NCBI GenBank assembly: GCA_013416795.1
Contig: RQSC01000630.1
Span: 356,994 to 398,316 of the forward strand
Source of the DNA: Prasinococcaceae sp. CCMP 1430
Taxonomy: Eukaryota; Plantae; Prasinodermophyta
Direction: 5' to 3'
DNA: 41,323 nt
Positions 8,648 to 19,600 of this stretch are shown here, in pieces. Made by a program: the position numbers and the translations under genes. Below the pieces are notes generated by a model that was given only the letters and a program-made list of their open reading frames with translations, was not told where the DNA came from and ran no database searches. Within the stretch, counting starts at the first letter, position 1, and every line of letters starts with the position of its first letter.

Positions 8648-8724
8648 AAAAAAAAAAAAAAAAAGGCGGCTGCGCACCGCCCAACCAACCAAGTGCAACG
8701 CAGCGCCTTTTTTTTTTTTTTTTT
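8648..8724. repeat. 77-bp imperfect inverted repeat bounded by A17 and T17
   Basis: A17 (8648-8664) GGCGGCTGCG CAC cgcccaaccaaccaa GTG CAA CGCAGCGCC T17 (8708-8724). The arms are complementary apart from small bulges. Confidence 0.9.
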
Positions 8725-9399
8725 GAACCGGCCGATGGATGGGACCGATTTCAAACTTGATTGAAGAAGGCTTGCAAAGCTCTCCATCGAACCGACACAC
8801 GCGTGCGCGTGGATCTGCGCCGGGGTGAATTCAGTGAGGGCGGGCGGCCGGGGCGCGTCGGTCGGTGAGCTGTGAGTGGGCGCCTCGATTCATCGAATGA
8901 TGCGAAGCTTCGCTTCGCTGCGGCTTGGTTGGTCGCGGGTTCGGATGATTGGATGGGTGCGCGACGCGGCAACGCCGCGCTTGTATCATCCGGTGCGGCA
9001 AGTGATCGCCGGCAAGCGGCGATGTGACGCTATCACCAGATGATGCGGAGCGCGCGACGCCCCGGCCCCCTTCACGGCGCCCTCGCCCCGCGACGCTGCG
9101 CCCTTTGCCCGCCGCAAATTTGCGGAGTTGGGGGCGGTTTGGGCGCCGTTGTTTTCGCCGCACGCGCGCGCGCGCGCGCGTGCGCGCGCCGGCGGCAGCC
9201 GTCTCGGCGGACCCTGCCTCCCTCCACCCCCTCGTCGCGCGCGTGCGCGATGTCGTAGTGTTGAGTACGCTGCCCGCCTCGCCCCCGCGAGCGGCCGGCG
9301 CTGCAGAAGCGCCGTGCGCACTGGCGCCCGCTGACCCCTCGCGCCCTCGCGCGGCATTTCACCGTCTGTTTGCCACTTTATCTTGGTTTTTTCGCACAG

Positions 9400-10402
9400 G
9401 CGCCGCGGAAAGAACGAGGGCGGTACGTTACGAGGCCGCCAGCTGCCAGCCGCCGCCGCCGTGCACCTTCCCCGTCGCCCACGGCGCTCCCGTGCCTGCG
9501 CCTGAGCGCACGCCACCCACTGCGGCTAGTGCCGAGCGCCAGCGCGGCGGCCGTTGTTTTTTCGCCGCGGCGACCTCGCGCGCGGGCACGGCGGCACTGC
9601 GCTACGCGGCGCCGTGCGACACGCACACACGCCCTGTGCACGCCCATCGAAGGCGCTGCTACGCCGCCGATGAGGCATCGGCGCTGCTCTATGTGCGCCC
9701 TGGCCAGGGATCCCACTGCAGCTGCCTCCGCTGCTCGCGCGTGCGCACCCCTGGCGTTCGTCAAGCGCAGCGACTGCCGCTGCGTGCGTCAAAGCGTGCG
9801 CCGGTTCGTGCGCGCCCAGCTACGAACGTCCACTGACTCACGCCGCGCTTGGCCTATCCCGTGTCTCACGTGCGTTCCACGACCCCCAAAGATGAGAAGC
9901 GCGAGCTGATTTTCAAGGAGGACGGCCAGGAGTACGCGCAGGTGCTGCGCATGCTCGGCAACGGCCGCCTGGAGGCCGCCTGCATCGACGGCGTGAAGCG
10001 CCTCTGCCACATCCGCGGCAAGATGCGCAAGAAGGTGTGGGTGTCCGCCGGCGACGTGATTCTCCTCGGCCTGCGCGAGTACCAGGACGAGAAGGCCGAC
10101 GTCATTCTCAAGTACGCCCCTGATGAGGCGCGCTCGCTCAAGGCTTACGGCGAGCTTCCGGACAACTTCCGCATTGACGTTGGCGTGGACGACGACGGCG
10201 CTGGCAGCGATGACGACGTGATCGAGTTCGACGACCAAGATAGGCCCGATCTCGACCTCGATCTCGCCGACAGTACGTGCTGCGATGCGCGTGGCTACGC
10301 TCTGCGCGCAGCTGCCGCCGGCGACGCGCGTGTCCGTCGTCTGGCACTGACCCTCGGTGTATCCCCCATTTCCCCCCTCGCTCTCCTGCACCCGCAGTCT
10401 AA
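9400..10402 (+). CDS. eIF1A: Eukaryotic translation initiation factor 1A; first coding exon unresolved
   Basis: Exons 9400-9422 (RRGKNEG-D), 9892-10272 ([50 protein letters not shown]...LPDNFRI + acidic tail) and 10398-10402 (completes ...DLADI*). Introns 9423-9891 and 10273-10397 are GTACGT...AG with CTGAC branch points. Possible start: ATGTC at 9250-9254. Confidence 0.93.
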
Positions 10403-10589
10403 AGCGCGTCGCAGAAGCATCACTAATAACCCGGCGACGACATCGCTCTCGTTGGGTATCCGCTCTGCGCCTCTTAAGACAAGGACCTGGCCGTTGGTTG
10501 TGCTTTGGGCGCCCGAGGGGCGCGCTTGGTAGGGCGCGCTCGGTCCATTTTGATACACAGGTGCCTCGCATTACACATATGGGTTACAG

Positions 10590-13500
10590 CTAGAAGCCAG
10601 GCAGACACGACAGGTCCAGGACGCCCTTCGGCAGGTCGGCCGCCTCGCGCAGCAGCGCCAGGCGGTTGGCCCTGATGGCCTCGTCCTCAGCCATCACGAA
10701 CACATTCTCAAAGAATGCTGCGGTGGGGGCCACGATCGCCACGGACGCGTCCAGCAGCACATCCACGCGGGCGCCCGACGAGCTCGCGCTGCTGTCTGCC
10801 GCGTCGAGCGCCGCGCGTACCTCGCCCACGGCCGCGTGCAGCGCCCGCTCCTCGTCCGTCTCGAAGAGCGCCGGGTCCACCGCCGCCCCCGCGTCGCCCT
10901 CCTTCCCACGGATGATGCGGGTGGGGCGAGCGTACGCCGCCATGACCTCCTTGAAGCCCTCGCTCTCCACGCGGGCGGCCAGCTGCGCCACCGCCGCGGC
11001 CGCCGCGGCAGGCTGCTCGGACCGCTCCGCAAGCACCGCGCGCACGCTCTCGATAGGATTGCCAGAGTCGACCAGCAGCTGCTCCAGCCGACGCGCGACG
11101 AACGTCAGCGCGCTGTCGATCGCCTCCTCGCTCACCTCGACCGGCTGCGAGGCCGCAGCGAGAGCGCAGCCTTCGCGCAGGTCCAGCGGCACGTCAGCAG
11201 CAATGGCCGTCTGCACGAGGCCGTACGCGATGCGGCGCAGCGCGAAGGGGTCGGCCGTCGCCGACGGCGCGCCAACCACGGAGATGAGCCCCACCAGCGA
11301 GTCAAGGCGGTCCGCGAGAGCGAGCGAGACGCCCGCTGGCGAAGAAGCCACCTCGTCACCCGAATTGCGCGGCAGCACCGCCTCGAACGTCGCCCGCGCG
11401 ACCGCCTCCGACGCTCCTGACGCCGCGGCGTAGTATCGGCCCATGACGCCGGCGAGGCTGGTGAACTCCATCACCATTGAGGTGGCAAGATCGGCGTTGG
11501 CGAGCGGCGCGGCCTCGGCAGCGAGCGCGGAGTCGTCCGCGCTCAACTTGAGCGCGGCGCACAGCTGCGGCACCACGCCCTCCACGCGCTTGCTCTTGTC
11601 GAGCATGGACCCCAGCTTCTTCTGGAATGTGATGCCCTCAAGACCAGCGCGGAACTCAACCAGCGGCTTCTTGAGGTCGGCCTCGTAGAAGAAGCGCGCG
11701 TCTGCGTACCGCGCGCGAAGCACGGCCTCGTTGCCCTTGCGCACGACGTCCTCGTCGCACGCGCCGTTGGCCACCGTGACGAAGTACGGCAGCAGCTTGC
11801 CTGTGGCGGGGTCCTCCACGGGAAAGTAGCGCTGGTGCTTGCGCATCACCGTCACCAGCACCTCGCGCGGGAGGGCGAGGTACTCGTCCTCATACGAGCC
11901 AAGAAGCGGCGACGGCGACTCAATCAGGTTCGTCACCTCGTCAAGCAGGCCCTCGTCGTCAGGCACTGCCCCGCCCACGCCTTCGGCGAGCGCCTGCGCG
12001 GCAGCCTTGACGGTCGCGCGGCGTTCACCGGCATCGGGCATCACACCAGCCGCGGCGACGGTCTCCAGGTACGCTTCGGCGCTCGGCACCGACACGGCGG
12101 GCTCCTCGCCGAAGTCATTGCGCACCGCACGGCTCCCACGGCCGCTCACCACGCCCACCGCCTCGAACGGGATCTCGGCGTCGCCGTGCAGCGCCACGAG
12201 CCAACGCAACGGGCGCGAGTACGCAGCCGTCGAGCCTTCCCACTTCATCGTCTTGGGGTACGACAGCCCGCCCACCACGCCAGGCAGCGCCTCGGCGAGC
12301 ACCTCGCCAGCCGCGCGGCCAATGTCCTTGACCTCTGCGTACACGTACTCCACGCCCTTGTCATCCGCACGGCGCACCAGCTGGTCAGGGCTCACGCCAT
12401 TCTTACGGCAGAAGCCCTCAGCGGCCTTGGTGGGGTTACCATCGGCATCGAAGGCGGCCTTCACAGGCGGCCCGCGCATGGTGCGGGACTCGTCCGCCTG
12501 CGTTGACGCGAGGCCCTCGACGACCGCCCACAGCCTGCGCGGCGTGCCCGAGACCGTGACCTCGCCATGCGACAGGCGCAGCTCCTCGAGCATGGTGGGA
12601 AGCGCCTTCTCCAGCTGGGCAATGCCTGAGGCCACGTCCTGAGCTGGAAGCTCCTCGGAGCCGACCTCGAGCACGAAAGTGCGCGGGGCGTCGGGCAGCG
12701 CCGCGGTGTCCACGGAGGGTGCCACCGGCACCGGCGCGCTCTCGTGCACCCCAAGCGGATACTCGAGCTCATCGCGCCGCTCGACCCACAGCTTGGCGGA
12801 GTCGCGCGCGAGCGCGCGCATGCGCCCGAAGTACACGGCGCGCTCCGTGACGCCCACAGCGCCGCGCGCGTCCAGCACGTTGAAGGCATGGCTCGTCTTG
12901 AGGACATTATCGTACGCCGGGACCGGCAGGCGCTTCTCGAGCATGTCCTTGGCGGCGGTCTCGTACGCGTCGAAGCGCGTCTTGAGGTTGTCCACGTCGG
13001 CCTCGTCCATGTTATACACGGACTGCTCGTACTCGTTCTGCATGAAGAGCTCGCCGTAAGTGATGTCGTCGGTGTACCTGATGTCCTTGAAGTGGTCGAC
13101 GTCCTGCAGCGCCATGAGGATGCGCTCGAGGCCGTAGGTGATTTCGACGCTCACCGGGCTCAGCGGGAGCGAGCCGCACTGCTGGAAGTAGGTGAATTGC
13201 GTCACCTCCATGCCGTCCATCCACACCTCCCAGCCGAGCCCCCACGCGCCGAGCACCGGGCTCTCCCAGTTGTCCTCAACGAAGCGCACGTCGTGCGCGC
13301 CGATGTCGATGCCGAGCGCGCGCAGCGAGCCGAGGTAGAGCTCCTGCGTGTTGCCGGGCTCGGGCTTGAGGATGACCTGGAACTGCGTGTGGCGCTGCAC
13401 GCGGTTTGGGTTGTCGCCGTAGCGCGAATCGTCCGGGCGCACGGACGGCTCTGCGTACGCCACGCGCCACGGCTCCGGGCCGAGCACGCGCAGGAACGTG

Positions 13501-13663
13501 CCCGGGTTCATCGTGCCCGCGCCGACCTCGGTGTTGTGCGGCAGCCACATGGTGCAGCCCACGCTGGCCCAGTACGCCTGCAGGCGCTGGATGGCCTCCT
13601 GGAACGAGGGCACCGGAGGCAGCGGCGCGTCGCGCGCCGCGGCCGCTGCGTCTGATGCTGCCG
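10590..13663 (-). CDS. glyQS: Organellar glycine--tRNA ligase, bacterial type with fused alpha and beta subunits (GlyRS-2/EDD1-like); transit-peptide exon(s) upstream unresolved
   Basis: Alpha part: [92 protein letters not shown]. Beta part: [55 protein letters not shown]. Likely acceptor (TTCGCAG on -) ends at 13664. Confidence 0.96.
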
Positions 13664-14288
13664 CTGCGAAGCAGAAAAGCCCTGTGGCCCCTCCGGCGCC
13701 CGCGCGCCGCACGCGCGCCGCACGCCGCACGCAAACCCCGCAGGTGCGCCACACACGCGCGCGCGCGCGCATGCACACGCACACACACAAACTCTCATCA
13801 CACCTCCATCTTCAGTCAGGTGCAGGCGCGCAGCATCCAGAACCACAACACAACTGATCAAACCGACACCAAACAACAAACGACACATGCGCCTGAATTC
13901 CATCCGCGCCTCGCCGACCCACCAACCAACTACGTACAGTAAGCGGCCCAGCACGATCGATACCCCGGTCCGGGCCTGCACCAGCCAGCCGGAGGCCCGG
14001 CCTTCTCCAGCGCATGCCGGCCGGAGGACGGACGATGTGGCCGAACGCCAGCCGCGGAAAGGAAGAGGAGGAAGAAGAGACGGCATCCAGCCAGGCTCCA
14101 TCAATTGTTCCAACCAACCAACGCTCGCGCGGTCTCGTTCCCGTTCCGTCGCGTCTTCTGTCTGCGGATGGATCCATCGCGGGGCGAATCGCCCGCAGGG
14201 GCCGCGCGGCGCCGCTGCGGAGCCGTCCCAGCCAGACATCCCGCGGCGGCGGGTGCGCGCGCGGGCCGCGACGGGCGAGGGAGGGAGG

Positions 14289-14329
14289 NNNNNNNNNNNN
14301 NNNNNNNNNNNNNNNNNNNNNNNNNNNNN
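14289..14329. other. Assembly gap (41 N)
   Basis: Run of N directly after a GAGGGAGG tract. It probably hides the 5' end of the thioesterase gene. Confidence 1.
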
Positions 14330-15605
14330 GCGACGCCCGCCGCTGCGGCGAGGCGCGCGCCGCTGCGCGCGCCGGACGAGCCGACGACGCCTGTCAGCGG
14401 CGACGTCGCGCGGGGCGATGGGAGCGCGCGCTTCGCTGAGGACGGCGCTGTGTACTCGGAGGACTTCCGCGTGCGCTGCTACGAGTGCGACCCCTCGCGC
14501 GCTGCGACGCTCGAGACTGTCATGAACCTGCTGCAGGAGTGCGCGGTGAACCACGCCGTGGCCGTCTTTGGTGACAACGAGGGCGGCTTCGCCACTGACA
14601 AGGAGATGATTCGCCTCAACCTCATGTTCGTGAGTGGCGCGCACGCGCGGGGGCGCCGCAGGGGCGGCCCAGGCGCTGGGGGGGAGGGGGGGGGAGCGAG
14701 GCCACGTGCGCCCCCAGCGAGTGCCCTCGCCAATCTCGCCCGTGAACTGACGCCTCGCGCTCCGCAGGTCATGAGCAAGATGCACCTGCGCATCGGCGCT
14801 TACCCCGCGTGGAACAACGACGTTCGCTGCGACACGTGGTTTGCCATCTCGGGCAAGCTCGCCGCGCGCCGCGATTGGATGCTCTATTCGGCGGATGGCG
14901 CTCAGGCGCTCGCTGCGTCGACATCGACGTGGCTGCTGGTGAACACCGAGACTCGCAAGCTGGGGCGCATTCCTCCCGAGCGCATCGAGGCGTACAAGGA
15001 GCTCACCCCGACAGAGCCGCTGCACGCGCTCGATGCTGACGAAGAGAAACTGGCGCCGCGCCCGCCTCAGGAGGGAGACGACGCGCAAGCGCTGGTGGCC
15101 TCATTGGGCATGGGAGTGAGGCGCACCGATACCGACATGAACCAGCACGTCAACAATGGTGCGCACAGCTGCGCAACGTGCCTATCGCCCAGCGCGCTGG
15201 CGCGCGCTCGCGCGCGCTGGCCCGAGCGAGCGGTGGTGTCGGCCCTCGAACGCCCGTGCTCCCGCCTGCGAATCGAAGCCCTGCTCGCACCTTGTCTGTG
15301 CTGACAGCCTGCGACTCGCACCCTCCGCGTCGCTTGCATCAGTGGCGTACATCCGGTGGTTGCTCGAAGCCGTTCCCAGCGACTACTTCGACAGCCATGT
15401 GCTCACTGGCATCACGCTTGAGTTCCGCAACGAATGCCACTACGGCGAATCCATCAACGCGTGGGTGACGGCGGAGGCCACGGTGGCCGAGGGGGGCTCT
15501 GTCACTGCAGCCGAGGAAGGAGAAGAGGTCCTCTATCACTGGCTTCACAGCGATGACAATGATAAGGAGCTCATGCGCGCCAAGACCTTCTGGCGACCGC
15601 GGTGA
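14330..15605 (+). CDS. FAT: Acyl-ACP thioesterase (FatA/FatB family); 5' end at or before the N gap
   Basis: Exons to 14629, 14768-15158 and 15343-15605. Introns 14630-14767 (GTGAGT...CAG) and 15159-15342 (GTGCGC...CAG). Motifs: FRVRCYECDPSRAATLETVMNLLQECAVNH, YPAWNNDVRCDTW, STWLLVNTETRKL, catalytic DMNQHVNNVAYIRWLLE, LEFRNEC. Confidence 0.92.
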
Positions 15606-15698
15606 GATGCGCGAGTGATTAACGCCATATTCACACGTGACACACAGTCCCACCGCACCAGGGTCTGCAGACTAGCGCGGGAGGCATGCGCGCAGCGC

Positions 15699-16352
15699 TC
15701 ACTGGTCCTTCTTGCCCTCGGTCTTCTTGGGCGCCGGGACGTGCTTCATTCGCGCATCGTGCTTCTCGACCAGCGCCATGATGACAAAGACGATCTGCAT
15801 GAAGATCACGGCCAGCACCGCGCCAAGAGCCTTGCTCGTGTACCTGTTCTCGATGCCACAGATACGCCCGATGAAGTCGGTGATTTCGGCCCCGGTCTCC
15901 GTGTACAGGACCCACGTGGGGGCCACCCACATAAGCACGGACACGCCCATGAACTTCTGCATCGCCGCCTTGCCTTGCGCCTGCGTGGCATGCGCAACGC
16001 GTGCAGGTATCGCACACGCCGTGCGTCAGCGCGTCAGGGTGGTGCGCATCGCATGCGCAGCATACCGCGCGAGCAGCGACCTGCGGCGCCGCGCGACAAG
16101 GAGGCGCGCAGTCTGCACAATTCGCTCTTGATCCCACGCCGCCTGCAGCTCCGGCGCGGCGCCTCAGCACGGCGCGGGGGTTCTTGCTTAGCGGCAGCGG
16201 CGACTGCCGCGCGCCGCGTCGCCGCCGCGCACGCACCGCACCACCGCCCGTGTCGGCCGCGAGCGTACTTCAGATGCGTGAGCAACGAAGATGTGGCGCC
16301 CGCCGCGGCGAGCTCCGCCCGCCCTCCCCTCGGCTCGCACCGGGCGGGCCAT
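15699..16352 (-). CDS. VMA21: VMA21-like V-ATPase assembly factor (two TM helices, C-terminal di-lysine ER-retrieval motif), about 121 aa
   Basis: Exon 15980-15699 encodes AQGKAAMQKFMGVSVLMWVAPTWVLY...KALGAVLAVIFMQIVFVIMALVEK...TEGKKDQ*. Acceptor at 15981, with CTGAC about 45 nt upstream. Proposed first exon 16352-16269 (donor GTACGC, phase 0) is less certain. Confidence 0.6.
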
Positions 16353-16626
16353 GCTGCGCGCAGGCGCACCGCCCCCAAAACTCTCGCGGCCCGGCTTCGA
16401 GCGAACCCTCTTCACGGGGTTTGTACCGCAAATGCGACCCGAAAATGGCTCTCGTCTCCGACCGACAGACTGCGGGAGCGCCTCGCACCGCAGTGGCCTG
16501 CGGCTGTTTCCATTTCGAGTGCTGCGCGCCCCCGCGCGAGCAGAGGGGGGGGTGGGGGGGGAGGGCACAGTGCGCGCGAGCCGCGGCGGGGGCGCCCCCC
16601 TCTTGGGAGGGGGGGTGGGAGGCGCG

Positions 16627-19600
16627 ATGATCAAGCACGGCGTCGTGTCGCTGCGCGAGGAGACGAAGAGAAAGGGCGCCTTTAAGACCCGCATGCTCGC
16701 CCTCGCCTTGGGCGGGTCGGCGGCCCGCGAAAAAGGCGTGTTCGCGCACCTCTGCGCGTTCGACAAGCCGCCGAAGGATGGGAGGACGCTTGACATGTCC
16801 GCGGCGGCTGCGAGCGTCGACGTTACGGCGCGGTTCGAGGCCATCGGCGAGGTGAAGCATCCTGACAAGCATGGGGTGACCGTGCGCAGCCCCGAGACGG
16901 GGCAGAAGTTCACGCTGAGATGCCGGGACGACGCGGAGCGCGACGCATGGCTGGCCGCATTCGCGAAGGTCATACGCGCCGCCGACCGCCAGGCGCAAAC
17001 ACACGCTGCAGCTGGAGACGGTCCTGCGTCGCCTCGTGGCTCAGAGGGGAGTGCTGCTGCCAGTGCGAGCGACAAGCATGTGGCCGGACACAAGAGCTCC
17101 GCAAAGGGCGCTGGCGGCAGTGGTGGCAGAGCGCGCGTGTTCGGTGCGCCGCTTATAGCCGCGCACGAGCAGGCGGTAGCGGGCAAGAGCTGGCTGGTGG
17201 CCGCTTTCGATGCACTGCGCTCGCATGGTGGTATTGATGCGGAAGGCATCTTCCGCGTCTCAGCTGCCGCGCCAAAGCTGAAGGCCGTCCTGCAGCAGTA
17301 CCAGGACAATTTCCCGGCCGCTATGCCCGGCGCAGCTGACGACCCGATCGTGCTGGCCGACGGCATCAAGTACTTCCTGCGCGCGCTCAAGGACGCACCT
17401 GTGAGCGAGGCGGACCGCAAAGCGCTCATGGACACTCACCGACAGCTCAAGGCTGCCGGCGTTGGAATCGAGATGGCTACATACATGCGCGAGGGGCCCA
17501 TTGCAGCCTTGCGTGCTCCTAGCATGTGGATCGTCTCGGAGCTGAGCATGTTTCTGTGGGAGGTCGCTTCGAGGCAAGAACACAACAAGATGGACGCCAA
17601 GGCACTCGCGGCATGCCTGGGACCGCTCTTGCTTCGTCCTCCAAAGACGCTTGACATCGACGCTGATGCCTCGCAGGAAGAAATCATGCGTGTGGCAATC
17701 GCAGACCGTGACGGGGGCAACGACGTGCTTCACGTGCTCATTGAGTACGCGCCTGATATTTTTGTCTCCCAAGAGGACATGGACAGGAGGCTAGAGGACC
17801 AGGCGCAGGTCGATCAGCAGCGGCGCGAGCAGGCCGAGCGCGAGCGCGAACGAGCGCAACAGCTTGAGCAGCAGCAGCAGCAGCAGCAGCAGGCCGAGCG
17901 CGAGCAAGCCCAATTCAAACCGGAGGAACAGCAGGGGCTTGGCGATGGTGGAGAGGTTGAATCGTCGGAGAAAGAGCCTCTCGTGGCTGCTGGGGCGCCA
18001 ACTGCTCCTTCTCCCGAGCGACGTGCGCTCGAATCACAAGCTCGCGCTCTGAGCGAAGAAATAGAGTCTGTCAGCTCAAAGCGCGCCACAATCGCCGCGC
18101 AGCTGCAGGCAGCGGGGGGCGTACTGGACACCGCCAAAGAACGCGAAGCGGTGGAGCAGGCACGAGGGCGCGTCACCGAGCTTCAAAAAAAGCTGGCAGA
18201 CGAGCGCGCAGCAGCAGAGGAGCTTGCCACCGCGCAAGGAGACCTTGCCTCTGCTCATGAGCAGGTGAGCGCACTGCGCGCGGAGCGTGAAGCGCTCGAT
18301 CAAAAAGTCGAGGCGTGCGAAGCAGAGCTCAAGTCTCTCGCGGCTGCCGCAGCCCAATCGGCAGAGAGAGCTGAGGTGGCACGTGCGGAGATTGCAGCAG
18401 CAGAAGCAGAGCTCGAGGAGGCAAGGGCGCGCGCGTCGAGCGCGGAGGTCGCATTAGAGAACGCACGCGCCACTCATAGTGGACCCGACAGTATCAACAG
18501 CACACGCCTCACGGCCCTCCGGGAGCAGATCTCTGAGCAGGTGGCCTTGGAGCAGCGGTACACAAGCGAAGCAGAGCAGGCTCGGGCGGGTGCGGCCGCG
18601 GCAGGCGCTGCCGCTGCTGCTGTGGACTTGCTGCGTGCCGACCTGGCATCAGCTGAGCGCTCCGCATCGGCCGCGAGGAAGGCCGCCGAAGAGGCTGAGG
18701 CGGCGCTGTCGGACGATGCAGCTGCCGTCGAGGACGCGAGCGCTGAGCGTGAAGTCGTGAAGGAGGAGCTCGAGGCTGCGAAGCGTACCTTAGCCGAGGC
18801 CGAGGCGGCGCGATCAAAGGCTGCCGCGGCACGCGTGCGCGCCGCTGCCGAAATGCGCTCGCTCGAGGGCGAGATTGAGGCCTTGCGCGCAGAGGTCAAG
18901 TCTGTCGCAACATCTTCCGTCAAGGCTGCCGAGGATCGTGCCAACGAAGAGGATAGCGCGATCGCACGCGCGGCAGAGGCGCGAGCTGAGCGCGATGCTC
19001 TGCGCGAAAAACTGAACGCCGCACGCGCAGCCGCCACGGAGAGTGCTGAAAGCGCCGGGGCTGTCGCCGCTGCTGCACAGCGCGAGTGCGGTGAGCTGCG
19101 CGCGGAATGTGAGTCCATGCAGGGCGAGATCGACGCTGTTAAGAGACAGCTGGCAGCGACGGAGGGGGACGAGGGCGTTACTTCGCTACTCGCGGAGCGC
19201 AACCTGCTCTTTGCCGAAACCTCGAAGGTTCGCGCCGCGCTCGACGCTGCTCGTGTGAAGCTCGCTGAGCGTGAGTCGGCGAGGGAGCGCCACGTGGCAG
19301 AGGTGCGAGCACGTGCGGACGCACAAAGCAAGGAGCTCGAGGAAAAGCGCGAAGAGCTCGCCAAGCTCGAGGTGTCCCTCGCAGAATCAGAGAGTCAGGT
19401 ACGTGGCGCGCATAAATTGAGTGACGCGCGCATGCGCGCGTGCCTGCGCCAACTCATGCTGACAGAAGTACGTCCTCAGCCACGTGAAATCACGTGTCCA
19501 GGCTGCGCCAGCTACTGATGAGGGCGCTTTGCTAGGGAAGGAGCTCTCCGCTATCGCGCCGCTCATCGATGCAGCGTCTTCGCGCGCTGCAGCTGCAGTG

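Noticed and set aside
9145-9568. Short duplicated motif GCCGTTG-T(4/6)-CGCCGC at 9145-9161 and 9550-9568
   Set aside because: Only two copies of about 17 bp, with no terminal repeats or other structure. It may be a relic polypyrimidine tract but cannot be interpreted.
14630-14767. Stop-free introns of length 3n (FAT intron 1, 138 bp; Grx intron, 117 bp) as possible retained-intron isoforms
   Set aside because: Expected by chance for short GC-rich introns, and retention would interrupt compact folds.
16350-16353. Palindromic CATG giving back-to-back ATGs for VMA21 (-) and an extended RhoGAP (+)
   Set aside because: The + strand extension (16351-16626) is non-conserved promoter-like sequence with G-runs. 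The PH domain starts right at ATG 16627.
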